The notes under the pieces: generated by a model
What the model was told of the DNA's origin: nothing
Seen by the model: the letters and a program-made list of their open reading frames with translations, nothing else
Database searches by the model: none
Shown here: positions 14,193 to 27,049 of the stretch, piece by piece
Layout: every line of letters starts with the position of its first letter
Numbering within the stretch: the stretch's first letter is position 1
Position numbers and translations under genes: made by a program
Source: Bigelowiella natans CCMP2755
Lineage: Eukaryota > Protista > Cercozoa
Direction: 5' to 3'
Assembly (NCBI GenBank): GCA_000320545.1
Contig: ADNK01001814.1
Span: forward strand, 1-64,000
DNA: 64,000 nt

Positions 14193-16272
14193 CACAAGGG
14201 TTGAGTACGAGACCATTTCGTGGTGGTATGGAGGCAAGAACCACACGTACACATTCGTCCAGAATCAGAAGGGGATTCTGCCGAGTCTGCTCGAGAAGCT
14301 GTGGAAGTTCCGAAAGCAGGCGAAAAAGGACATGCGGCAGGCTGCGAGCCGAGCGGACACATTAAACGAGGCCATATTTAACGGCAAGCAGGTAGAAGCA
14401 ACGATTGCTAGATCATCGATACCGACGCTTCCTTCGCGTATTTTCGATTCAGTCACTTAACTGTTTTCCCCATGTTCTCCCTCCTCTGCCCACCTCTCGT
14501 AATCTACCAGCTGGCAATCAAGGTCTCGATGAACTCGATCTACGGCTTTACTGGGGCGGACAACGGAATGCTGCCGTGCAAGGCCATTGCTGCCTCGGTC
14601 ACGACTTGGGGCCGCAAATCAATCGAGGTAGTCCATGGCCTTTCAACAACAAGCGCGAATTAGCAGATGCCGCCCTTCTCCGCTCTTTGCGTATTTATAC
14701 CCTTTGGTGATGCCAGGCTTCAAAGCGCCTTGTGGAAGAGGGGTGGCCTGACCTCCCCAACGCAACTGTCGTCTACGGGGACACCGACTCGATCTACACG
14801 ATGTTCAATGTAAACATGTCGCGCGAGGACGCGATGCAAGAGGTCTTTCGCGTGTCGATCGAGGCGGCCAAGCGCATTACGCGAATCTTCAAGAAACCGA
14901 TGGAGCTGGAGTTTGAAAAAGTCTTCTTTCCATTTATGCTCTTCACGAAGAAACGGTGGGAGCTTGGGCCTGACCTCGCTGTTGCGCGAATTTGTGTTTA
15001 GTTGTGATTTCGTCCACGGATTTGACGTAACCACCCCCGCCCCCTCCCCCGGCCCCTCTTCCCCTTTCTCCTGCTTGCAGATCTGTTTTATCTGTGATTT
15101 ATTGCCCGGGCTGAATATCTTTCCCATCCTCTATGTTTGCGAAGGTACGCTGGGCTGGTGTGGGAGAATCCTGAGCGGGCGAAGAAGCTCGATTATAAAG
15201 GAATTCAAGTCGTGCGGAGGGACAACTGCAAGTTTGTGAGGGAGATCTGCATGGAGTGCTTCGAAGAGATCATGTAACAATAAAGGAGTTGCGTTGGATA
15301 GATCGATGCGTTTGTTCTAGTGTTTTGCGAGATGGTGACCATAAAGGAGGAGTGAGGAATAGCAGTTGCAGTTGTAGTAGTAGCAGTAGTAGTAGTAGTA
15401 GTTATTTGCTCGAATATAGAGAGATTGCTTGCCAAAAAGTGTCACTATATATATGTTTGAGACATGCACATAAAAAAAACTAGAGAATACATATCGTGGG
15501 ATTTCGCCTAAAATATCTCATAATAACGTGATCAAAAGGTACCGGATGAACATCAGCGGGGCTGTCGCCAAGGCGCGCAAGGCGGTGGACGACCTTCTGG
15601 CAGACCCCATGCGAGTTCCAATCGAGAAACTCATCCTTTCGAAGTCGCTACATGACGAGTACAAGTCAGACACGCTCCCACATGTGAAGCTGGCGGAAAA
15701 GTTGCGGCAAAGAGACCCGATGAATGCACCCAAGGCAGGGGATCGAGTACCCTACGTGTTTGTTGAAGGTGGAAGATGAAGTAGTTTTCACAGGGGGGGG
15801 GAGAAGAGGGGGCTAATTTGCGAAAATTGAGAGATATAAGGGTATTAATATGGAGGTACCCGTTACAGTCATTTCATCGCTATCATATAATTTTGCCTCT
15901 TTTACTTATTTTCCTCTTTGTCGGCTACCCTTCTTTCGCCGTTGCCCTCTATCCTTCTTGACCGATTTTGTCACTACCACCATCGTTTTTTGCATTGTAA
16001 TTGTTCTTACTAACATCGTTGTTTGCGATTTGGTAGGAAAAGGGCTTCAGCATGAGCGGGTGGAAGATCCAAGTTTCGCCATCGAGAACAAAACGAAGAT
16101 TGACGGGCTCTACTACCTACAGCATCAGCTTCAGAGTCCACTCGAAACTGTCTTCGAGCTCTTATTGAAGGATGTTGGCGGAACGCTATGGAGGGATGCT
16201 GAGAGAGCTAAGAATAATGAGCTCAGGGGGGATCAAATGATAACACAATGGTTCAAAAGGCAAAAGTTGTAG
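8225..16272 (+). CDS. polB: Family-B DNA polymerase of NCLDV (phycodnavirus-like) type, about 21 exons, with an N-terminal signal-peptide plus basic transit-like leader
   Basis: In-frame exons 8225-8318, 8407-8589, 8647-8690, 8884-8990, 9096-9407, 9589-9822, 10004-10175, 10360-10625, 10848-11033, 11362-11502, 11647-11875, 12090-12476, 12638-12730, 13128-13304, 13569-13783, 14199-14391, 14511-14627, 14717-14955, 15145-15273, 15539-15768, 16037-16272. Motifs: ExoI SFDIE, Exo[10 protein letters not shown], ExoIII YCAQD, region [16 protein letters not shown], region [21 protein letters not shown], region [29 protein letters not shown]. No CysA/CysB tail; the protein ends in QMITQWF. Confidence 0.95.
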
Positions 16273-16340
16273 TGCTTATCACAGTTGGTTTCACCTTCAC
16301 CCGTGCATGAAGTGTGTTGTGACGTCGGCATACAAGTTAC

Positions 16341-16674
16341 ATTCATCATCACCGCATGAAAGGTGTTTGAACTTTAGCCATGCCTAGATTTTTTAGCACC
16401 ACACCAACCTGGGAGGCATGCTAGCATGCATGCCCTTGCGTGCGAATGCAACTGCAATGTGCCTGAATGAAGTAGCTCTGCAAACATGCACGTCTCTAGG
16501 CCTCTCTCTGTAGCTTTGTGGCTTGCACAACAGACGCGCCTGCAAGGTCAGCAGACATCGCAGGCTTTGTGTCTTCCGACCAAGAGCATCAGAGTGTTGC
16601 AAGCCAAAAAATGTGCGAAATTTCCAGCCTTGGAGCCGTCATGCAACACCAAACATGACGCGAAAAGCACAATG

Positions 16675-16706
<32 letters not shown>

Positions 16707-17275
16707 ACGTGCATGACAGCATGGCTAGCTAGCTAGATGGCACAACATCCAGACGTTTTGGACATCGTAGCATTGTTTGGCTTGCCGTCCAGCCGTCGGC
16801 CGACAGGGCGCACCCCTGCACCTCATCACTGGATCAATGTGCCCTCCAGCCCTCAGCTAGCTCAGGCAACTCAGCCTTCGAGCGAGCGAATCTTGAAGTT
16901 GCGGTTTTCCCATGCCATTCTGCAAGGCAGAGATTCAAAACTTGCACTTTCCACCGAAGGCGATGAACCTTCATTCGGTTTCTTTTTTGGAATCACTTTC
17001 TAGACTTTGGTTGTCACCAATGCCTTCAAGCGGATGTTTTTTTTTTGCAAGACCGTCCTGCAAGTTCAAATGCGTCGTGAATGTGCGTGCAAACTCCAGC
17101 CTCATAGATCCCCGTGCACGTGGAGAACTGCAGGCAAATGTTCTTTGCTAGCTCCACACAAGCTAGCAAGTGGCAAGTGAGCATGTCAGTGGATCTGGAG
17201 ATCTGGATGACACACACTTTGGTTTCCAGCCGACGCGATCGAAAAGGTTGGCTTGTCGCAACTGGGCTCTCGACG
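16341..17275. other. TpA-eroded island
   Basis: Manual count gives only 16 TA in about 935 bp, all followed by G (10 CTAG, 6 other NTAG). The island starts about 70 bp after the polB stop. Confidence 0.9.
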
Positions 17276-18869
17276 TGTTAGTACCCGCTACTACTCATTA
17301 CTACCGGCAACGAACGCTGGGAACGTGCAGCTGACCGAGATGAGCATGAGAAGGCATCTTAAAAACCCGAGAATGCACATCTTTGTTTTGCACAGTTCTC
17401 GTACTCGTAGTAAATACGAAAGTCACGGCAATTAATAGTGTCGCAGGTCACAAATGACTCTCTTCAAAGCTGTTTAAGGTCAAGTACCCCCTAAAAGAAC
17501 CCTGCCTAACCACATTATTCTGTTTTTAATAAAAATGAATAAATACATCTGTCGCACAGTGTACAAGGACTGCGGTTGCTTAGACCGAACCGAATTAAGT
17601 TGCAAAAGGTGCTTCCTTCTTCACGCACAACAAGGGTGTTCGCCCAACCCCCCCCTCAATCGAGACCCCGTAATTAATTACGATGTTAGCGGTTCTATCC
17701 ATGTAAAACTTTCTTGCGTCGAACATTGTGATGATTTAATGTTCGTATTGTTTTGACAGATAACAAAACAAGAAAGCACACCTGAGAAAATTCGGTCATG
17801 GTGGTGGTAGTGGAAGCTATTGTCTCGCTTTCGCTTCTTATCTATACCGTGAGGGCACAACCCGGCCAAAACAGCTCTTTACTCGAAAAGAAAGAAAGTA
17901 TTATTCGAATTTTATAAACTGTAGGAAGTTTGGTATCGATTGACCGACAAAATGGTTGATTTCAACAGCGCGAAGGAGACGAAGAAGGTCCGGACAAGCT
18001 GACAACGGACGCCTACTTCTAAGAAGGAGTCACAATCTACGGCAGACACGAAGTTCGTCGAATCCTATCAGTCGACATCGAGCGAATGGATATAGAGAAA
18101 ACACAAAAATACGTTCCAAGAGAAGGTAGTAATTACAATTATCATATCTGAGGGATAATGTGTTTTACATTTAACTTAGTATCAATATGATTTTTAGGAA
18201 TCTCTCTCATACTAGTTCAAATTCTCTTGAAGAACTTTGGTGAGGGATTCATTACATTATTGTAATTAGTCATGTTAAATCTAGATGGTTTAGGTCAAAA
18301 CTTAGCAGTCCCGAAGCTCGTGCACGAAGACTAAAATACATCCAAACACTTAAGGTACCTGTGCTCGTTGCTTCATGAATGATAATCTTAGACTGAAATA
18401 TTCTCAGAGACATTCGATGAAGGCTCGAAAGATTCGACAGCTTCAACAACGTCGTTCATGAACCCAAGCAGTCGGCCATCAATGGATATGTACTTTCTTA
18501 TCAGAAAGCCCGAATAAGCAACATTTCTTAAGATTTCGATTTCGTACCTGATTTCGTACCTCAGAGGAAGAGACCGCAGTCCATATCTTTGGCGTGTAAA
18601 TGACATTTATGCCAGGGGAAGCCTTCGTTATGTGATCAATGACAAAATGACTACAACGTGCGAAGGAAATATATTACGGCAGACATGTCACCACACAGCA
18701 ACAATGAAAATTTGCCAGACGAATCTAGCATGCATCGTCAAGTTTTCGACAATAGAAATCCCTTTTAACTCTACAATCCTTTGAATGTTTTAAAAAATTG
18801 TGAATCTAATAGAAGATAACTTGTTGTGGAAATGCAACTATGACAATGATGTGCTGGATGATGTGTCGC

Positions 18870-19560
18870 TACCAGACTAGCAGATCTCGTAGACTAGCAG
18901 ATCTCGTAGTGCTAGAGTGTTGTGCGCACAGGCACTGGACGGTCTAGTGGTCTAGCTAGCTAGCTGTGTCGGGCTAGCAATGCGCATGCTGTGCACCATC
19001 TACCATGTCAAGATGTTTTGCAGCTAGTTCAGAGCTCTAGAGCTTTAGCTAGCTAGACCATTTCCAGATTTGCGTGCTAGCGTTCTAGACATCTACCAGT
19101 AGCTGCATGCCATGCTAGCTAGCTAGCATGCTAGCATGAGCTGGTGAGGCACTTACTAGCTAGCTAGCTAGGCTAGTAGGGTAGCTAGGTAGGTGGTAGT
19201 AGGCCTCCTGCTAGCTAGCTAGCTAGCCATGTCGCCTGTCTAGCTGTGCTCTCTAGTCATTCCTAGATTCTAGCGCATTGCTAGGGAGCTCTGAACTGTC
19301 CTAGTACCCATCTGTAACAGATCTGCCATGTCCATAGATCCCTCTAGCTAGCTCTGCACGCAGATGCAGCACAGACCCAATCAATTAGATCGAGTCTGCT
19401 AGCCAGCAGTCAGATGACGTCTAGAATGCTAGAATGCTAGAATGCACAGTTACATGTACTTGCAAGGTGAACGTATTGCACGTATCAAGACATGCACTGC
19501 AGGCTACGGGCTAGCGGGCGTAGTCGGTCTCCAAACAATCTAGACATGCATGCGAGTCAC
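18870..19560. repeat. CTAG-saturated island with (CTAG)n runs and short tandem duplications
   Basis: About 42 CTAG in about 670 bp by manual count. Includes a 17-bp tandem AGACTAGCAGATCTCGT x2 and CTAGAATG x3. Confidence 0.9.
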
Positions 19561-19874
19561 ATGGTTTGATGCCATTGCTTGGTTTGCACGAGAACAAGAC
19601 AAGTCATATGTCGTGCGTACACATTTGGCTAATGGCACTATTTGCTTGTCAGCAAGCTGATAGTTATGTGCACGCTACAAAGAAACCAATGAAGTCAACA
19701 CTCTATGGATTTCTCGTACTTCTAGAGCTACGCATGAGCAGTTTAACTTTTCCCATGTCAAATAATGACGCTAAGGCTATGTGAAGATGTTTGAGACGCT
19801 CTTTTAGAAACGTCTCATTTCAATAGTGCACAGACGTTGGTATCTTCATATAGCACCAGGTCAAATGGCGATGA

Positions 19875-20097
19875 TCACTTATTTGTTGCTTTATTTTCCC
19901 CTGTATTAACTCGCATATGGTCTGGGTTCCCCCCGGGATGCGTAATTACGACAATTCTTTGTCTTCGAGGCTTAGGATGGCGGAGAGGCTGTGGCACTAT
20001 CGTTTCCTGTGCTTCTGGCCCATAAATCGAGATAAAGGCATATTTAATTTCCACATATATGTATGTATACACGTGTACACACACACACACACACACG

Positions 20098-20156
<59 letters not shown>

Positions 20157-20411
20157 ACACTATATATACCGCACATAATCGGTCGTTGAATATGCACTCA
20201 CCATGTTCTTTCTCCATCCCCCCCTCGTCGGTCTTACTATCTCCAAAGATATCGCTCTCTGTCGGAGGGGGCGCGGTCGTCCGAAATACCACACAGAATG
20301 ACTCCAAAACCCGATGGAACTTTTGGATTTCGGTGTATATTTCCGTATCCGACTCAACGTCAAATCCCTGCACAGAGATGATCTCCCATCCGACTAAGAT
20401 GCAGCATATGA

Positions 20412-20478
<67 letters not shown>

Positions 20479-22246
20479 GGAAAATATTATTTATTTACCT
20501 AAAACGCCTCGTAAATCAGCCTGATCACCTTGCTGCACGAGGCTGACCCTTCTATTCAGGAACTCAAATCCCAAGTCTCCTAATGGTTGAACGATAGCCC
20601 GGCTCATGAGCTAATCGCAGATATGATGCTCACGCACGCAAATGAGTACAAGAGCACTCGCACTCGCACAATGCTTCGAGTAGAGCGAGGGAGCGAGGCA
20701 GTGGGATGACTACTATTACACCATGTGTAATTCTGATAGAGCATCGTGTACATATCACAAACCGCCGTTTCTTTCTACCCACCGGCCTGAAATGCGACGA
20801 CGCAATATTCTCCCCCCTCCACAGCATCGTTGACATCGCTCGCATCAAACACGAGGCTCTTCCCCATTCGCATACAGTTGCAGAGGATCAACGGTGCGAA
20901 GAGAGCCGCGGCGGGTATAGCTGAGGACAAGATTCTGTACACGAAATCGGTTCCAAAAGTCCGAAGTACAATGATTAACGACTCATTCTCCCAATTTCCT
21001 GATGATAAATGCCAGCAAGCGTGAGCAAACTCTTACCTAGGTCAACGGTTTTCAAACAAAACGACAACGCCAACCGACACGGAGCCGGCACTGCACACAG
21101 CCTTGAGCAACGGATATGAACTGGGGCGGGGGATGCGATGCTGAGAGCGTAAGCGATGATGCGGCCTATCACATCGACTTGTGATCTAGCCAGAACAAGC
21201 TCTAGGTGTTGGGGCGGGTCGCGCTGGAAGAGGAGCCGGCAGATGTAAGGCACAGGGAAGGTCAACGCGGCGGCAACAAGGGTGAAGGACATGTCGCTGT
21301 TTAGAAACGGGATGTTCTGATCGCCTCGGTACGGAGAGGAGTAGGAGGTTGGGGTTTGCAATCACAGCCTCCACATCGGTGAGCTCAGATCGAAACGGCT
21401 CTGTAGCCGGCGATAGAGGTGAATCTGAAAACGCCTGTGACCACCTCCCACGTGCCTCTAGGCGCTGCTCGTCATCGTGCAGGCCACATTCAGCGTACAT
21501 CGAGTTTGAGGGCGCTGAAACTCTTACGAGAATCTCCAGAGTCTCTCGTCGAAACGTGGAGCTTAACGTGGCCGTACTGGGCCCGAGGACGGGCACTATG
21601 CTGCTGTTGTCGGCCTATAATGACCAAAATGCGTTTGCGGACTGCCCTGCCCAGTTAGTTATTGTAAGGAAGAAACTATGGGTACCGTCGGGAATAGCTT
21701 GCCTATTGCTCAGCAAAATGGACGAGGTTGTTGCGGAGGACGCTACGATAGCGGCGAGATCTGATATGTCGCCTAAGACATCGCTGCCTGCCATATAACG
21801 CCATGCATAACTCACAGCACGCCCCGCAGAGCCTGTATGCACAGAGGCGGTGATAGCTGTAGAGGTTTCTCGGCCGTCGATGATAAGAAGAAGATGAACA
21901 CGAGCACAGAATCGATTACCTAGCTTCTGCAGAGTTCTTAAATCGAAAACTATTCCACAGCTCAGAGAAGCGGATAACCCATTATTCACCCCGGCGTTGA
22001 ATATCACCTTTACAGGATGGGCACTGTTTAGAGTGAAAACATCTTAGCAGGACAATCTCTATGCTCCCCCCTCATGCTCGCACGCAACTTAAGCTGTATT
22101 AATGGCTAGGTAGTGCCTACATCGAATCCTGCCAGTGAATCCAACAATGTTGCAGATACAGGCGTAGGGGATGCTCCAGCAACGACTGAAATCCGGGAGA
22201 GGCATACGAGAGCCAAGGCGAGGGCCCAAGTTGCTCTAGTAGCCAT
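19875..22246 (-). pseudogene. Truncated PKD/REJ-domain (polycystin-1-like) membrane protein gene
   Basis: Signal peptide MATRATWALALALVCLSRISVVAG. REJ-like motifs CGIVFD..LG, TGSAGRAVSYAW and HSFFLTITNWAGQS. In-frame TAG at 21615-21617. The reading jumps quickly to TM-like segments (FTLVAAALTFPVPYICRLLF), implying internal deletions. Confidence 0.55.
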
Positions 22247-22999
22247 GGGGACGCAACAAATGCGTATTTCAAGCAAGTCTGGGTTCTGAAAGGTCCAACT
22301 CGCACCCCCGCATTTGGTATTCTTACAAGCTCAGTTGGAGAACTGAAGGCTCTTCACTGCGGAGATCTGAGTTTTGGATAAGCGTCGTTGGAAGCAGCTG
22401 CATTGGTGCGTGTTGGTGCACGCACGTGCAGATGACGTCTCATGGAAAACTCGATAGAAAATTGCCTACAAAGCTATGGCAGCGACAACGATTATCGTTC
22501 ATATAGAAAAATAGTCATCTACGGCAGGTGACCTTTTTCGTACTATGAACTTCCTAATAACCACTTTATTACAGACTTCGACGCTTTTCTCGAGTCGGAA
22601 GCGCAAGATGCTATTCATTCCAAGTAGTTTTCAAAAATCAAATGAATTTTACCATATTTTCCGATGGTACTAGAGGTATTTTCGGCCAAATGGATGTCGC
22701 AAGAAGAAATTTCGAGCGTGCAGGGAAATCGTAGGAAATCAGGAAATCCGCATTTCACCCGCAAAATACCTTAGCTTACTGAATGTTCTGTTTTATCCTG
22801 TCGCTTCTTCAGGAATCCCCTACATTTTAGAAAGAATCGTCATTTTCTGGTGCAAGGGCCCGGTCCGAAGACGATGCCCCTGCCCCCCCTCCTGACCAGC
22901 TAGGAAATCGATCCGGAGATTGGGAATCTCTCCACATAATTTATCTTCTATTCTGATGAACGATTCAGACTAAATCCACAAGTTTCCTGAGCCATAAGT

Positions 23000-24004
23000 A
23001 ACACAGAACCATTAGCCTAAAGACGTGTGCAATAGTGGTTACGTCATTTCCTTCTGCGTAATAACAACGAAGATGTTCGGGGAACATCGAAAGTGTAAGC
23101 TGTGCTCGATCATATTGATTTCAGCCTATGTAGCTGTTATTAGTTTGCTTGCAGCGTATGAAGACTCCAAGTTCCAACAGGTTGTTTCTTTCGTCTAGTT
23201 AACGATTATTGTCACTGCGTCTAAGCCATTTCTCCTTTCCAAATGCACGGGGTTTTCGTTCCTTACGTACGAACAAAAATAATCTCGTAAATCAGGCTGA
23301 TTGTGTGTAGTCATGATTGACATTTGGTCGTTTTATATATGCAGAGAGTTGCTAAAGAAAATAAAATCAGGGATCAGTACAAGCCATCGGAGATCGATCT
23401 CCTTCATGTGAGAACACACGCACACACACACACACAAACGAAAATAATTTATTCTGTCATATTCAGAATGCGGTTCTGGGGCCAAACAAATCTGATCCGT
23501 GTCCATATGTACGCGAAGCCGCGGTGCGGTTCGAACTTGAAGCACCGAATAAGGAACAAAGGCACCAGCTGTTAAGCTCCAAGATTGGGAGGTTTTCCTT
23601 TGTCCCATGATTTGTACTTGGTCATTTTGAGAAAAACAAATATTCACACGAATAAATTTAGGCGCCTAATGAGTGCCGCAGAATTCCGAAAAAACTTCTA
23701 CGAGGTATTGTTTTTTGCATGATAGAGGGATACAATTGCGATATTTTGTTCAATTTTCCCTCTGATAAACAGGATTCTATTCCCACCCTGCCCAACGGAG
23801 TCCCGAAAGTGATACATCAGACATGGTGGTCAAGAAAGGTTTATCAATTATAGAGAAAGAATACCACCCAATTTCGTAGATTCGTCGTCGTCTGGCATAT
23901 TCAGCAGAAAAGAATGTTTCTTTGAAGGGACTGAAAACAATGCTTCTCGTTATCGTTTTTCACATATGAACGAGAAACAAACACGTATACACACACGCAC
24001 ACAC

Positions 24005-24035
<31 letters not shown>

Positions 24036-24352
24036 TACAGCTAAAAGAGAAGAACATCCGGTTATCAGCCTCATGGTTCCGATGCATGCCAGGTAGTGAC
24101 ATTATTTTCTATCTTGAGGAAAAACGAAAGGCAGAGGAGGATAGCAAGCAAGGGTTGCATATCTCCCGAAATACATATAACCTGATAGCTTCTGTATTCC
24201 ATGTCTCTCCGCTTCATCAGATTGGATCCATGTGCTATGGGATGACGACGACGTGATCGAGTTGTATCGTGATTATAGACCTGACCTCCTCGAAATGATG
24301 AACGGGTAAAATCATAATGCTGCGTTTTATTAAGCCGTAATAATACTGTTAC

Positions 24353-24399
<47 letters not shown>

Positions 24400-24568
24400 T
24401 TCCCCTCTCTTTACGCTCTAACCTTGGATGACTCCTGCACACTCACATACACACACGCGGGATACACATGCATACGAAGTATTCTTAGAATTTACATGTA
24501 CTCGCAGATATCCATATGGCGTGCAGCGATCTGATATGTTCCGCTATCTGGTCTTATACATTTACGGT

Positions 24569-24641
<73 letters not shown>

Positions 24642-26200
24642 TAGCATGCCAGTCGTTCCTTGTCTCCCCGAAGTAGTTTTGGATGGCATGAATATCGAGA
24701 ATTCAGGATGATTCTAATCATACGATGCGGCAAAACAAGAAATGATTCATCGGCATTTTCAAACTTCGTATAATTGAAAACACTAAGATGCAAAACACAT
24801 CGGAGAATTACACGCAACAGCAGCGCTGCTGCTTGTCCAGTAGTGATGATGATGATGATGATGGACATTATTTTATAACGCGTAAACTTCAGGGGGTGTA
24901 TATGCGGATATGGATTATGAGTGCATTCAAGGTCAATAGATGCAGCATAACTTGTGATGCAACGAACCTTTCTCCTGACCTGACCAACCAATAGCATGAA
25001 GGTTTGTTTCGGATCTCTCACGCTCACGGTCATTATTTTCAGATATATCCCGTGAGGATGGGGTTGGTTCGTTAAGCCACTCGGTGTTTATGAGGTTTGT
25101 CACCAGCACTCTGATGTTCTTCTTTTCCCCAAGATCCATGAATATTGATTTTGACATCACGAGAGTTTACAATGTAAGTATTCCGGGAGGGTTATTTATT
25201 CGATTTCCTTATGGTTTTTCCCTGAGCGAGAAAGAGATGTCCTCCATCACGTTTGTTCGGGTACTGGATTGTATTATAATGTCAGTGGCGCTCCAAACCC
25301 TATCGTGGATGGGAAGGCGCAAAACACTCTCATGGCGTCGACGAGAGGTGCGATGTTATCATCATCATCATCATCATGAATAATAATTACATTCCCCTCT
25401 TTTATCAGGGCATCCTTTTTGGGCCCACGTGCTCAGTGTCAGCGCAGAGCAAGTAATAGCATAGAAGGGCGGGAGGGAGGGGGGTGGGGGGGGGAGGGGA
25501 AGCTTCTGCCCACGATAATATTGCTGTGCTGCAATTGAAGCTGATGCCGTTGCTGCTAATCAGTGCGGACGTATGTACGAGCCGGAGTTTTTTATTCGCA
25601 TCTTCGTTACGCTCCGGCTGTGCACCTTAGCGTCCAGGTAAGATGTCTGTTTGAGAGTGGCAATGTTGGTAATGATGATTGATGGAGGGGTGACGATGGT
25701 CGCACCTCTCGGGGTGTGGAAGGGGCATGAGGAGGCAAAAACGTCAATAGAGTCGGGAATTGATTTGTCTGCTGAAGAACTTCGAGTGCCAAAACGCCAA
25801 CAGAATCGGGAATTGGTTTGTTTGCTCAACTCAGAGTGCGCAAGTTCTTCGGTTGGACGGGGATCTCGGTACTTTCCACAACAGGCCCGCGGATGCTCTC
25901 CCAAGCGTAAGAGACCCGAAAGAGGAGAGACAACGAGCGATACACCAGCTAGACGGAGACCAACTAGCGAACACCATTTTTACGATCGCATCCCCATCAT
26001 GACCGTTATTATCACATCTGAGCGAAGTTTTTGGCCTTACGTATGTGATGGCTATGAAAGGTACGAGAGGTTTCCAGTGGAACTTCGAAGCACGGTTCGT
26101 AATCTCCCCGCCACTGTTCTTCCCATGCCATGTTATGGGTTGCATGATGATACCACACGTTGCTCAGTATACGCGTGCTGGCTGCATCTTGCTAATGTTG
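23000..26200 (-). CDS. Probable multi-exon gene of unknown function (boundaries uncertain)
   Basis: AG/GT-bounded minus-strand pieces (VFNYTKFENADESFLVLPH, HYDFTRSSFRG, SKSIFMDLGEKKNIRVLVTNLINTEWLNEP) lie between microsatellite introns. No domain recognised. Confidence 0.3.
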
Positions 26201-27049
26201 TCGGCGTGCTTATTTCCAGGTAAGGCTACTCGAGGTGGAAGTCTTTAACGGCCAGATGGATAGGGGCGCTAAAGATGATACAGCGAGTGAAGAAGGGAGT
26301 GTTATTCAGGACCTCAGGTACACTGCACGCAGCTAGCATAAAAAGAACGAGCTCATCATATTACGTGTCATTAGAAGAATGTGCTGTTGGATTGTGACGT
26401 CTTCTTATGGGATAACCATACTTTCGATATACTCGCAGATTCGCCTGCGCCCAAAAATCAATTCATAGAAACTCAGCTGGATGGACCAAGAATAGTGCAT
26501 TTCCGTGCGTGCTATAGCAACCTTTTACATTCGTTTCCCCCCTATCTCAATTCCTATTGATCTGTGTACATCATGCGCACACACCCCCCCCCCCCCCCCT
26601 CCCTTCTCTTTTTTATTTGGCCGTTTCCGCGAGAGGGAAATTGCATATGTTCTTTCTTTGAAGGGACACCGGCGACCACACTGTTCTTGGGAAACGTCTG
26701 CCCCATCGTCTTATTGCCATTCTTATCCTCGAGGTAGGTCGCCTAGACCTTTGAGTAGAGCCACCTGCATATACACATGAAGCCCCGTCCCTTTTCGCAC
26801 GTTTTCCCTGTAGATTCGGTGTAGACGCGAAGATAGTCAGGGTCGTGATTGCGTAGTGATGGTTATGTTGGTTCGATCAGGCCGCTGCGATGGTTTTGGT
26901 TGGGATCTGCTGCTTCTACTGCTTTCAGAGCGATATTCAAACGTTCTTCAGTGTTCACAGAGACAGAAAAGATCAATGACTGACACAGTGTCTCTACGGG
27001 CAAAGATAGCACACTGGTACGGCAGTGGATCGTCGTGCGCGCACACAAA

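Noticed and set aside
8225-16272. Canonical POLD1, or a recent giant-virus insertion
   Set aside because: It lacks the CysA/CysB tail of Pol delta. About 20 host-type introns and no neighbouring viral core genes argue against a recent insertion.
17440-18830. Possible small gene or TE fragment between two islands
   Set aside because: Only short broken frames without recognisable motifs or termini.
25736-25830. Two 36-bp imperfect repeats with a 53-bp period (CRISPR-like spacing)
   Set aside because: Only two diverged units, eukaryotic context and no cas genes.
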